DNA of 64,000 bases, from the NCBI GenBank assembly GCA_963631395.1, contig CAVGQN010000004.1:3770-67769 (forward strand), read 5' to 3'. Below, in pieces: positions 51,001 through 60,082 of the stretch (the first letter of the stretch is position 1; every line of letters begins with the position of its first letter). The DNA comes from a bacterium (GTDB taxonomy: Bacteria; Bacteroidota; Bacteroidia; Bacteroidales; UBA3663). The notes under the pieces are model-generated. The model was not told the DNA's origin and searched no databases. It saw nothing but the letters and a program-made list of their open reading frames with translations. The position numbers and the translations under genes are program-made.

Positions 51001-51176
51001 TCAGTGATAGTGCCGACTTTCTCTTTTTGCCCCATTACGGTGGCACCAATGAGAGGCTCTCCATTGATGTCGGTGACGGTGCCAGTCACTTCGCGAGATT
51101 CCTGTGCCTGGACATTGACTACCATACTGGTCAGACACAGAAAAGATAGAATAGATTTTATTATATTGTGTTTCAT
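48045..51176 (-). CDS. SusC/RagA-family TonB-dependent outer-membrane transporter
   Basis: Signal peptide, carboxypeptidase-regulatory-like N-terminus ([18 protein letters not shown]), TonB box/plug ([41 protein letters not shown]) and a C-terminal beta-barrel ending ...GINLLF. Confidence 0.95.
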   Translation of the reverse strand: [1043 protein letters not shown]

Positions 51177-51180
51177 ATTT

Positions 51181-52047
51181 TCAGTCCTCTTCTATGATTT
51201 CCATAAATTGGCCCCATTCCTTATCGGCTGCGTAGATGTCGTAACAACCTGTGGGAACATACAGCGTGGCTTCAGTAGCTTTAGGTAGATTCGTTTCCAA
51301 TACAGGCGGTGTAGTGGCTCGCACATGGAGCGTTTTGAGTTTGTTGCAAGCACCGAAACAGTTCTCTCCGATAGTTTGCAGAGAGGATGGCAGTGTCAGT
51401 TGTTCCAGTGCTGTGTTGCGGGCAAAGGCGAAGCGTCCTAGAGAGACACAGCCTTCCGGGATGTTGATATCTGTCAGTTTTAGACAGGAGGCAAAGGCAC
51501 TGTCGCCGATAGCTGTAACGTTGGGTAGGTGAACGGATGTCATTTTACTGCATTTGGCAAACATTCCGTAGGGAATATCCGTCACGTTCTCCAATGTTGA
51601 GGGTAGATAGACCTTGGTAAGATTGGCAATACTGCCCACGAGTTCGTCCTTTCCCCATGTCCTGATGCCTTCCGATACCACGATGCTGGTCAGCTTTGTG
51701 TTCAGCATAAACACGTAGTCATCAATGCCGGTCACGGTATAAGTCACGCCGTCATGCTGCACGGTGGCAGGGACTGTGATGTCGCCGCTGTAGGTGTAGG
51801 TGCGGGTTGAGATTGTAGCAAACTCGTTGATGAGGTAGTTCTTGTTGATGCGGTCCCAGGTGAACAATACCTCATTGGCTTCACCCGTTTGGACGAATAC
51901 CATACGCGTGCCATCAACAGTTTCCTCGAAGGCTCCCCGGCGGAAGTACTCTGCGTCTCCTTCTATAGATTCGCTATCGCAAGCACAGAAGAATCCTGCC
52001 GCGGCAATAACTGCCAAAAGCAATGTCTTTGGTTTGAGCATAATCAT
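51181..52047 (-). CDS. BspA-type leucine-rich-repeat protein
   Basis: Repeats such as VTAIGDSAFASCLKLTDINIPEGCVSLGRFAFARNTALEQLTLPSSLQTIGENCFGACNKLKTLHV (Bacteroides/Treponema LRR type). Signal/lipoprotein-like N-terminus ...AAGFFCACDS. Confidence 0.8.
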   Translation of the reverse strand: MIMLKPKTLLLAVIAAAGFFCACDSESIEGDAEYFRRGAFEETVDGTRMVFVQTGEANEVLFTWDRINKNYLINEFATISTRTYTYSGDITVPATVQHDGVTYTVTGIDDYVFMLNTKLTSIVVSEGIRTWGKDELVGSIANLTKVYLPSTLENVTDIPYGMFAKCSKMTSVHLPNVTAIGDSAFASCLKLTDINIPEGCVSLGRFAFARNTALEQLTLPSSLQTIGENCFGACNKLKTLHVRATTPPVLETNLPKATEATLYVPTGCYDIYAADKEWGQFMEIIEED

Positions 52048-52068
52048 GGACTCTATAGAATGAATGTG

Positions 52069-52836
52069 TTATCGAACAATATATTTCTTGCCGTCTTTGA
52101 TATAAAGACCTTTGGCTGGCTTGACAATCTCTTGGCCTATGAGGTTGTAGCAATTTCCATTGCCGGAGGTATTTGCATTTACTTCGTCAATAGCAGTGTT
52201 GCTGTCTGCAACAAAGCGAATAGCATATATCCATACCTGTTGCTCGGGAACGATATAGAAGACGCCGCCAATCATCTTGCCCTTTCCGTCTTCGTCAATC
52301 ACATCTGTATGCGCTTTCAGTTCCTGCATGACATTTTTCTCTGCCAACTCCTTGGCATCGACCAATGTCTGACGGTTGTAAAGGTCCATGTATTGACCTG
52401 CTTTCTCGTAGACTGATGCGAAGGCAACATAGAGAGTTCCAGCCACTTTCGTCTGTAGGGCTATGCAGCGGTCCGTATATCTGGTGACGTTGGACCAAGC
52501 TCTTGCTATATGTGAGTCGCAAAGGAAATCGACAATGTTCTGGGTGCGTATACGGCAAGAGGTCTTCCATTCTGTGCCATCGCTGAAAGTGCCGCTCCAG
52601 TTGCCGCTATAGCCCTGGAACTTGTGGCCGCTGAACAGTTTGAAGTAGAGACCTTCCCATTCTGATGTCTCGTTTTCGAAGATGTTGTCGCCATTGTTGA
52701 TGGGGGCGAGGTCGTCGAAGACCCAAGTTTTTGTCTCGTCAATGTACACGTGCGTAGGATCTGTATCCTGTGCAAATACTGTGGTTGCATACATAGGCAT
52801 CAGCAAGGATGCAACAATAAGCATAAAGTTCTTCAT
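52069..52836 (-). CDS. hypothetical secreted protein with a short T9SS-like C-terminal tail
   Basis: Signal peptide MKNFMLIVASLLMPMYATTVFAQ. No recognisable domain. The C-terminus ...NCYNLIGQEIVKPAKGLYIKDGKKYIVR resembles the last strands of T9SS sorting domains. Confidence 0.6.
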   Translation of the reverse strand: MKNFMLIVASLLMPMYATTVFAQDTDPTHVYIDETKTWVFDDLAPINNGDNIFENETSEWEGLYFKLFSGHKFQGYSGNWSGTFSDGTEWKTSCRIRTQNIVDFLCDSHIARAWSNVTRYTDRCIALQTKVAGTLYVAFASVYEKAGQYMDLYNRQTLVDAKELAEKNVMQELKAHTDVIDEDGKGKMIGGVFYIVPEQQVWIYAIRFVADSNTAIDEVNANTSGNGNCYNLIGQEIVKPAKGLYIKDGKKYIVR

Positions 52837-52868
52837 AGTTCTGTTTGTTTTAATTGTTGATAAATTGG

Positions 52869-54770
52869 TTATTTGATAAAAATAATTTTCTTGTCGGAGA
52901 TGTAAGGCCCTTTTGCGGGACTCCCCACGAGCCGGCCTTGTAGGTCATAGAACTCTGCACTAGCTTTTTCGCCGTAATCTATACGCGGAGCTTTGCTTAT
53001 CTCGGTAGTTACTTTATCGCCAGTCTCCAGTTTGATGCAATCCCACATCACGCCACAGCCGGTAGATGCACGGTCGAGCGTCAAGGCAATGGTGTTCTGA
53101 CCCTCTTTCAGGATGGCGGCCAGTACGTCGAAGGTGTATACATTGTGTCGGCCGCTGCGTATGGCAGAGCGGTATATACTTCCGTCGTTGGTATCCATTT
53201 GCTTAGTAGTCAACTGCCTGCCATTGACCAGTATTTTTATGCTGGGTTGACGGGCGGCGGCCGCTACAGAGGCGGTTAGGTAGCACTTGGATGTCGGCTT
53301 TTTGTCGAGTGAGAAGTGAATGGTCCATGTGCCGGCTTTGGTTTGGGCATAGTACCAATCGGAAGATTCGCTGCTAGTGCCGATGGTAAAATCGAGATTT
53401 GCCGGACTTTCTTCAAACACGCAGTAAGATCTCTTATGGTCGCTCAGGTAGAAACCGTCTGACAGTCGGTCGTTTTCTCCTATGCGCCACAACAACTGTT
53501 CGTAACGGATTGGAGTCCAGTCGATGGTCCCTATGTCCTGTGTGTCTTCGCTGACAATAATGTCTGTTCGCTCAAGCATGTCGGTAATTTCTCCCTCCAT
53601 GGCATAGACGTGCAGAGAGTAACGGCCTTTGCGCACATTGCAGATAGTGAAAGAGCCGTCGCTGTTTGTTTCTGCCCAAAAAGCATAGCCACGCGTCTGC
53701 ATATAGGGGTCCACGCCAGCCTCGCCCAGAACCACCTGCATCTTCGGTATTGAGACATAGTTGGTGAGGTTGATTTTGCCCGTGACTGTAGCTCGATTCA
53801 ATGGGTAGTTTTCGTTGGCCAACCAGGTGTAAGGCCATGCAGCAACCTCTTTTGCGGCCACTTCTTTTGCATCTGCAATCATCTCATCACGGTTGCCCTT
53901 GTTGCAGTACAAGGCAAAAGGCCCGAACATCTTCACATCACCTTTATTGAACTGAAGTAAAGCACCACCGAAATGACAGCCTTGAAAGTACTGGCAGATA
54001 ACTGGCGACTTGGCATCCATGTGTACGGTGAGGTCTTGTCGCAAGGGTCCGCCATTGACATATTCTGTGCTGGCTTGTATGGCCCAAACGCCCATATTGC
54101 CGTCTGTGTTCATTACCCCATATGTCGGAACATCTTTCAGATAGGCGGCATTGTCATATTTGGTATATATGGTACTGTCGGGCAGATAGTATGTTGCATC
54201 TTGTATCTTGTCTTTGTCGGACAAGGCATTCATTTGCTTTACACTCGGCATCATCCCCTGTTGCTGTTCGCTGACATAGGCGTCTAAGAACGTATCCGAT
54301 ACCCGATATGTCATACGTGCTTCTTCCAGTATCATTGGGGTAGAAGATCCTTGCATTATAATGTAAGTATAGAGATTGCTGTCACCTTTGCGGAGTATGA
54401 AACCCTGTTGCTTGACAATACGGGCAGTGTCGCAGGAGTATATTACCTCGGCGTAGTCTGTGGTAGAAGCTACTATTCTGGCCTTGTTGGCTTTCAGTTC
54501 TGTGCCGGATGTATGCTCGGCGTCTGTTCCTTCCTGTGAACTGAAATAGAACTCTCCATTCGTTCCGAGCATATCTGTATTGTTATATTTAAAAGAGTAG
54601 ACATGTCCTTTCGCATTTATTTTAACCTCAAGGATTCCGTTGTTAAGAATCGCAATCCGATTGCTTTGGAGGGTACAAGATACATTGTCTTGTCCTCTCG
54701 CAAAGAGAGGAATCAAGGCCAGAGTCACAAAAGTGGCTAGTTTTGCCAATGGAAGCAGATTGTGTGTCAC
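52869..54770 (-). CDS. rhamnogalacturonan lyase, polysaccharide lyase family 4-like, with a T9SS-like tail
   Basis: PL4-type modules (WPYTWL; GYAFWAETNSDGSFTICNVRKGRYSLHVYA; LLWRIGENDRLSDGF; DWYYAQTKAGTWTIHFSL). C-terminus YDLQGRLVGSPAKGPYISDKKIIFIK. The start is set at the in-frame GTG 54770 (VTHNLLPLAKLATFVTLALIPLFARGQ), 29 nt after a minus-strand TAACTTTG box. Upstream ATGs would overlap the divergent HTCS gene. Confidence 0.7.
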   Translation of the reverse strand: MTHNLLPLAKLATFVTLALIPLFARGQDNVSCTLQSNRIAILNNGILEVKINAKGHVYSFKYNNTDMLGTNGEFYFSSQEGTDAEHTSGTELKANKARIVASTTDYAEVIYSCDTARIVKQQGFILRKGDSNLYTYIIMQGSSTPMILEEARMTYRVSDTFLDAYVSEQQQGMMPSVKQMNALSDKDKIQDATYYLPDSTIYTKYDNAAYLKDVPTYGVMNTDGNMGVWAIQASTEYVNGGPLRQDLTVHMDAKSPVICQYFQGCHFGGALLQFNKGDVKMFGPFALYCNKGNRDEMIADAKEVAAKEVAAWPYTWLANENYPLNRATVTGKINLTNYVSIPKMQVVLGEAGVDPYMQTRGYAFWAETNSDGSFTICNVRKGRYSLHVYAMEGEITDMLERTDIIVSEDTQDIGTIDWTPIRYEQLLWRIGENDRLSDGFYLSDHKRSYCVFEESPANLDFTIGTSSESSDWYYAQTKAGTWTIHFSLDKKPTSKCYLTASVAAAARQPSIKILVNGRQLTTKQMDTNDGSIYRSAIRSGRHNVYTFDVLAAILKEGQNTIALTLDRASTGCGVMWDCIKLETGDKVTTEISKAPRIDYGEKASAEFYDLQGRLVGSPAKGPYISDKKIIFIK

Positions 54771-54799
54771 GATTTGTCTGTTTTTATGGTTTCTGGGTG

Positions 54800-54807
54800 C
54801 AAAGTTA
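54800..54807 (-). promoter_or_regulatory. -7 promoter box for the PUL operon (PL4 lyase first)
   Basis: Minus-strand TAACTTTG, 29 nt upstream of the proposed GTG start 54770. Divergent from the HTCS gene. Confidence 0.45.
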
Positions 54808-54897
54808 GAGGCTAATAATGGGGCAAAACATCCGATTTGTACAAAAAATGAACGATTTGTACGGATTTTTCCTATTGTTTTGTATCTTTGCGCCGAT

Positions 54898-57800
54898 ATG
54901 AAGAAGAAACGACTGAAGTTAGCACTTGCTTTGATGCTTTGCATAGTCAATGCCGAAGCTATTAGTGTGCGCTCATATATAGTGGGCGCGGATATGGGCT
55001 TGCCGTCTATTGATATCCGTTCCATAGCGCAAGACGATATGGGATATATGTGGTTTGGAACCACCAACGGCCTATTGCGTTATAATGGTTATACTTTCAA
55101 TATTTACTCTGAGAAGACGGAGCCTTTGCTTTACGATAACCACATACGTGATATATTAAATTGGAAGGAGGGACTTTTGGTGGTGAGAGTGCAAGGAGAA
55201 TATTGTACGCTCTTTGACACCCATCAAGGATGTTTTATACTTTTCCCGGTGGAGCAAGAAAGGCTAAAGGGGTACAATCGTATTTCTATTGACTCGCGCC
55301 AAAGACTTTGGCTTTACAATGATCGACGTGAAGGGGTCTGTATCAGTTGCGACAAACGGCAGTTTGCGTGTACTTACTATGACAGTGCTCAGCCAGTTCC
55401 CGAAGAAGTGTGGCCTGCGCGGAGAGTATTCTACGACAATCAAGGGAATCCTATTGACATACTTGGTCAAGACTTGTTGTTCTATCACGAGATAAAGACC
55501 GGCAAAAGCTATAAGATTAGGGTTAGTGACGAAGTGCAGCCGAAGTCACACTATGTGTTGCGTTACTCTGCGGTCACGCAAGGCAGTTTAGTTTGGGTGT
55601 CGTCGTATGGGCGAGGTATTGCAGTCTATGACAAGCAGACGGGTTCGACAGAGTATATTAGGAAGAGCGATGGCGTCATACAAACAGATTTCATACTTAA
55701 GATTTGTCCGGACCATCAAGGTAATATATGGGCATTACAAGAGTATATGGGTGCTGCTTGTTTGTCAATAGATCAGCGGGTCTGTGAGATGTTTGACATC
55801 AGCACTGGTAGCCGTGAAGACCCCGCCAATTTTGTCAAGGCTCTCTTTCAACTCCATGATGGTACCGGTTATGCTTCGGGCAACACAGGTGAGCTGGTGC
55901 ACCTAAAGTCCGGACAAGGTATATTGCAACGTACCACTATGGATGGTGATGTTATCCTTTCGGGTTGTGAGGACCATGATCACCGACTGTGGTTAGGCAG
56001 TCGCACCAAGGGCGTACATGTGGGTTATCGGTGGTATGCAGCAGAAGCAGCCGACACAACCGCACTGTCTGACAACAAAGTGAACAGCGTAGTATGCGAC
56101 ACAAAAGGACGTATATGGTTGGCGACGCAGAATGGGCAGTTGGATGTGGCTTTAGGCGACTATGCAAGGGGTGATATTCGGTTCCGCCACTTCCTTCCAG
56201 CCAGTCAGTATTCTGCACTTGCAGTTGACCATCGTGGCCACATTTGGGCAGGTAGTCAGTCGTACCTATATACTTTTGACCCTGACGAATTGCTGAGTAA
56301 CCCTGAGGCTTATCGGCAGTATAATCCTAGTGGTAGCCGGACGGGGGTTAACGACGTCGTTCATATCATGGAGGACAGCCGCCATCAGGTTTGGATAGCC
56401 ACAGCGGGTAAGGGCGTCTTTGTTTATGACAATACCTATTATTCAACTGCCGAGGACACAAACACATCTTCCGATACTTTATTTCATCACATCAGTACGG
56501 CTGACGGTTTGATTAACGATATGGTGGCTTCCACTGTGGAGGACAATCTTGGAGTTGTCTGGATAGCAACTCAGCAAGGCATATCTCGCTATGATTCGTC
56601 GACGGGTATTATTCATAATATGGCGACAGACGACACTCCATCCTTTAATTTCCATACCGATCGCACCGCTTGTCAGTTGCAGGACGGACGACTGGCTTTT
56701 GGAACTTCGGGCGGTATAGCTGTATATACGCCATTGCCCATTCCAGGCCTTCAGACATCCACTGAACCTAAACACCGTTACCTGACCGTTACAGACGTGT
56801 TTATCAATGGTGTCAATATGCAGCAGTGGGAAGATGTGGGACAACGACGCATTCCGGCAAATGGAGGCGAATTGAAATTGCACAATGGCGAAAATTCGCT
56901 GACCTTCCAATTTTCGGATTTCAACTACTGTGCTGGCAGTAAAACCATCTACAGTTATTGGCTAGAGGGCTACGACCGACAGTGTAGTCAGCCATCAGTT
57001 GCCAGTCAAGCCACCTATCGAAATTTGCCGTATGGACATTATCGCTTGCATGTCAATGCTTCGCGCGATGGCGGCCAGGTGGCAGATACCTATATGTTGG
57101 ATATAGATATAGCACCTCCGCTATGGTTGTCATGGTGGGCATGGGTTATCTATGTGCTGTTGTCGGTTGTTGTCGGTTGTGTCGTCTTTCGTCAGTTGCG
57201 CACCGTTTACCGCTTGCGGCAGATGGTGGCAATAGAGAAACAGATGACAGATTTCAAGTTGCGTTTCTTTACGAATATCTCGCACGAGTTCCGCACACCA
57301 TTGACCATCATACATGGCTCGATAGACAGGATTAGGCAGTCGAAGAATCTGCCAGAAGATATCAAACGCCCCATTTCTAATATAGTAAGAAGTGAGAGTA
57401 GGATGATGCGCCTTGTCAATCAGTTGCTGGAATTCCGAAAGATGGAGAAGGGCAGGTTGCAGTTGGCTTTGCAGGAGACGGACATTATCGCTTTCCTTCG
57501 CAATATATTCGACGGTTTTATGGATGTGGCCGACAACAAGCATATACATTATGTGTTTCTGCCTCAGGTAAAGTCATATGATGTATTTGTAGATCGTGCC
57601 CATATTGACAAGATTGCTTACAATTTGCTGAGCAATGCGTTTAAATACACACCATCCGGAGGAGACGTTACAATGCGAATACACATTGACGAGCAACTTC
57701 GGCAGTTTTCCTTCAGTGTGATAGATACAGGAGTGGGTGTTCCCAAGGAGAAGCAAGGCGAACTTTTCCAACGTTTTGTGCAAAGCACATTTCGTGGGGA

Positions 57801-58815
57801 CAGCATCGGTATTGGTTTGAACTTGACCAAAGAACTTGTCGAGGTCCACCATGGACACATCTCGTTCGCAGAAAACGAGCCCCAAGGCTCTGTTTTTACC
57901 GTAGTGATGCCGACGGATAAGTCGATATACTCACCTGACGACTTTTTGCGGGCAGACAGTGTTCTCATCCGAGAACAAGCAGAGAAGGACGTTCTGTCTA
58001 TCCCTACAGAATATCAGGAAATGCCGCCAAAGCCGCTCAATAATCGTAGTATTTTAATCGTAGAGGACGATGTAGAGGTATTGAAATATATCAAAGATTT
58101 GATGAGCCCCTATTTCCATGTTGTGACTGCTCTCAATGGTAGTGAAGCCTGGCAGCAGTTGGAGAAACAGGATGTGGACCTTGTCATCACAGATGTAATG
58201 ATGCCTATGATGGATGGATATGAGTTGACCAAAAAAATCAATGCCGATCCGCGTTTCCAGGATATCCCCGTCATCATGCTGACAGCTGTCTCTGACGCAC
58301 AGACAGAGTCTAAAGGACTGGATGCTGGGGCCGATGCCTATCTGACAAAGCCTTTCGAAAACGAAGTGTTGGTGTCAACATGTATATCGTTGATTGGGAA
58401 GCGCGATATGCTGCGTAAGAAATTTGCAACTGAGCTGCACGAACAACCGGTTCTGCCAAAAGTGATTAAGGAAGAAATCGATGGCAAGTTCCTTTCTGTT
58501 TTCGATACTTGGATTGAGCTTCACCTTGGTGATTCAGGTTTGTCCGTCGATGATATGGCTGATGCGATGCAGTTGGGTCGGACGGTATTCTATCAAAAGG
58601 TGAAATCGCTGACAGGAATGACTCCTAATGACTATTTGCGCAGACGTCGTCTTGACCGTGCGGCAAGTATGTTCAGGGAGGGCTACAGTAATGTGTCGGA
58701 GGTCGCTTACAAGACCGGATTCTCTAGCTCCAACAATTTTACAACCCTATTTAAGCAACAATTTGGTACGACGCCAAAGAAATATCAGATGGGAAAAGAT
58801 AATTTTTCGCAGTAA
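54898..58815 (+). CDS. hybrid two-component system regulator (periplasmic beta-propeller/Y_Y_Y sensor, HisKA-HATPase, receiver, AraC-type HTH)
   Basis: MKKKRLKLALALMLCIVNAEA signal; FFTNISHEFRTPLT (H-box); GIGLNLTKELVEVHHGHI; ILIVEDDVEV...DLVITDVMMPMMDGYEL (REC); C-terminal AraC HTH (...YKTGFSSSNNFTTLFKQQFGTTPKKY). Confidence 0.9.
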   Translation: MKKKRLKLALALMLCIVNAEAISVRSYIVGADMGLPSIDIRSIAQDDMGYMWFGTTNGLLRYNGYTFNIYSEKTEPLLYDNHIRDILNWKEGLLVVRVQGEYCTLFDTHQGCFILFPVEQERLKGYNRISIDSRQRLWLYNDRREGVCISCDKRQFACTYYDSAQPVPEEVWPARRVFYDNQGNPIDILGQDLLFYHEIKTGKSYKIRVSDEVQPKSHYVLRYSAVTQGSLVWVSSYGRGIAVYDKQTGSTEYIRKSDGVIQTDFILKICPDHQGNIWALQEYMGAACLSIDQRVCEMFDISTGSREDPANFVKALFQLHDGTGYASGNTGELVHLKSGQGILQRTTMDGDVILSGCEDHDHRLWLGSRTKGVHVGYRWYAAEAADTTALSDNKVNSVVCDTKGRIWLATQNGQLDVALGDYARGDIRFRHFLPASQYSALAVDHRGHIWAGSQSYLYTFDPDELLSNPEAYRQYNPSGSRTGVNDVVHIMEDSRHQVWIATAGKGVFVYDNTYYSTAEDTNTSSDTLFHHISTADGLINDMVASTVEDNLGVVWIATQQGISRYDSSTGIIHNMATDDTPSFNFHTDRTACQLQDGRLAFGTSGGIAVYTPLPIPGLQTSTEPKHRYLTVTDVFINGVNMQQWEDVGQRRIPANGGELKLHNGENSLTFQFSDFNYCAGSKTIYSYWLEGYDRQCSQPSVASQATYRNLPYGHYRLHVNASRDGGQVADTYMLDIDIAPPLWLSWWAWVIYVLLSVVVGCVVFRQLRTVYRLRQMVAIEKQMTDFKLRFFTNISHEFRTPLTIIHGSIDRIRQSKNLPEDIKRPISNIVRSESRMMRLVNQLLEFRKMEKGRLQLALQETDIIAFLRNIFDGFMDVADNKHIHYVFLPQVKSYDVFVDRAHIDKIAYNLLSNAFKYTPSGGDVTMRIHIDEQLRQFSFSVIDTGVGVPKEKQGELFQRFVQSTFRGDSIGIGLNLTKELVEVHHGHISFAENEPQGSVFTVVMPTDKSIYSPDDFLRADSVLIREQAEKDVLSIPTEYQEMPPKPLNNRSILIVEDDVEVLKYIKDLMSPYFHVVTALNGSEAWQQLEKQDVDLVITDVMMPMMDGYELTKKINADPRFQDIPVIMLTAVSDAQTESKGLDAGADAYLTKPFENEVLVSTCISLIGKRDMLRKKFATELHEQPVLPKVIKEEIDGKFLSVFDTWIELHLGDSGLSVDDMADAMQLGRTVFYQKVKSLTGMTPNDYLRRRRLDRAASMFREGYSNVSEVAYKTGFSSSNNFTTLFKQQFGTTPKKYQMGKDNFSQ

Positions 58816-58842
58816 TTTTGTCCGCCATTCAATATTTTTGTC

Positions 58843-58850
58843 TAACTTTG
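58843..58850 (+). promoter_or_regulatory. -7 promoter box for murI
   Basis: TAACTTTG, 78 nt upstream of ATG 58929. Confidence 0.45.
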
Positions 58851-58928
58851 CGACCGGAAGAGGACAAGCCGGCCCCTGGTAGTAAACGCGGCCGGCAATT
58901 CCCGTTCCGGACAGAGAAATAGGCGAGT

Positions 58929-59777
58929 ATGACACCCATCGGTATTTTCGACAGCGGTTTCGGCGGATTGAGCATCTTCCGCGAGATACGGCATCTGTTG
59001 CCCCAGTACGATTATGTCTTCCTGGGCGACAATGCGCGTGCGCCCTATGGCGACCGTACTTTTGAGGAGGTTTTCGACTTTACGCTGCAGGCCGTGCGCC
59101 GGCTGTTCGACATGGGCTGCCCATTGGTCATCCTGGCCTGCAACACGGCGTCGGCCAAGGCCCTGCGCAACATTCAGCAGAACGAACTGCCCCACATGTC
59201 CGACCCGTCGCGACGTGTGCTGGGTGTGGTCCGACCCACCGTTGAGCGTGTCGGTCAGCTCACCTATTCCGGTCATATCGGTCTGCTGGCCACTCGCGCC
59301 ACGGTTTCGTCACGGTCGTACGACATGGAGTTGGCCAAATCGTGCAGCGTCGGCCGTTTGCCCATTGTCCTGACCTCGCGGGCCTGTCCGAAGTGGGTGC
59401 CCCTCATCGAGTCGGGACAGTTGACCTCGCCCGAGCTCTATGCCGAGGTGAAGCGGGACCTCACCGCCCTGTTGGCCGAAGACCCCGACATCGACACCAT
59501 CATCCTGGGCTGCACGCACTATCCGCTCATCACCTCGCTCATCCAGCAGGTCCTGCAGGAACTCGACCATCCCGAAATTGTCCTCATGGCCCAGGGCAAG
59601 CCCGTCAGCTACAGTCTGCGTGACTATCTGCAGCGCCATCCGGAGATGGACACGCGTCTGTCGAAGGGCGGCAGCGTCCGCTACTTCACCACGGGCGACG
59701 TGCCCCAATTCGAACGCCTGGCCACTCTCTTCCTGGGCCACGGCAGCCATCTCGAGGCCTCTCAGCTCAAGTGGTAA
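58929..59777 (+). CDS. murI: glutamate racemase
   Basis: IGIFDSGFGGLSIFREIRHLLPQYDYVFLGDNARAPYG, ACNTASA and GCTHYP motifs. Confidence 0.9.
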   Translation: MTPIGIFDSGFGGLSIFREIRHLLPQYDYVFLGDNARAPYGDRTFEEVFDFTLQAVRRLFDMGCPLVILACNTASAKALRNIQQNELPHMSDPSRRVLGVVRPTVERVGQLTYSGHIGLLATRATVSSRSYDMELAKSCSVGRLPIVLTSRACPKWVPLIESGQLTSPELYAEVKRDLTALLAEDPDIDTIILGCTHYPLITSLIQQVLQELDHPEIVLMAQGKPVSYSLRDYLQRHPEMDTRLSKGGSVRYFTTGDVPQFERLATLFLGHGSHLEASQLKW

Positions 59778-59807
59778 GCCCGTCCGGCTGTAATGGTCCG
59801 GCTGGTC

Positions 59808-59853
59808 CTCATTCCGAAACAAAACCCTCATTCCGAAACAAAACCCCATTCCC
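59808..59853. repeat. 19-bp x2 (plus partial) tandem repeat downstream of murI
   Basis: CTCATTCCGAAACAAAACC x2, then CCATTCCCC. Confidence 0.85.
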
Positions 59854-60004
59854 CAATAAACAGTCTTAATGGAAGTCTTGCGATAGGGCAGAGGCTTCCA
59901 TTTTCTGTTACATGCGTTGTCGGAAATGGAACAGGATACTTACATTTTCGATACATGATACATGAATTTCGATACATGACCTTGCCCGTTGGCGGGTTCT
60001 TGTC

Positions 60005-60012
60005 TACCTTTG
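60005..60012 (+). promoter_or_regulatory. -7 promoter box upstream of the GH43 gene
   Basis: TACCTTTG, 233 nt upstream of ATG 60246. The predicted leader contains the 60083-60232 repeat array. Confidence 0.4.
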
Positions 60013-60082
60013 TGCCACTTGCTTGCGGGCCTCTTGGCGTGTGGCCTTAAGAAAACGGTCTCTTGTCTGTCCCGTAAGGAAT

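Noticed and set aside
54883-54890. TATCTTTG box 7 nt upstream of the HTCS ATG as its promoter
   Set aside because: The spacing would give an essentially leaderless transcript. That is possible, but too uncertain to list as a feature.
54640-55067. Long N-terminal extensions of the divergent HTCS (ORF from 54640) and PL4 lyase (ORF to 55067), which would overlap each other by more than 400 nt
   Set aside because: Signal peptides and -7 boxes indicate starts at 54898 (HTCS) and about 54770 (lyase, GTG). The extensions are non-coding promoter DNA read through.
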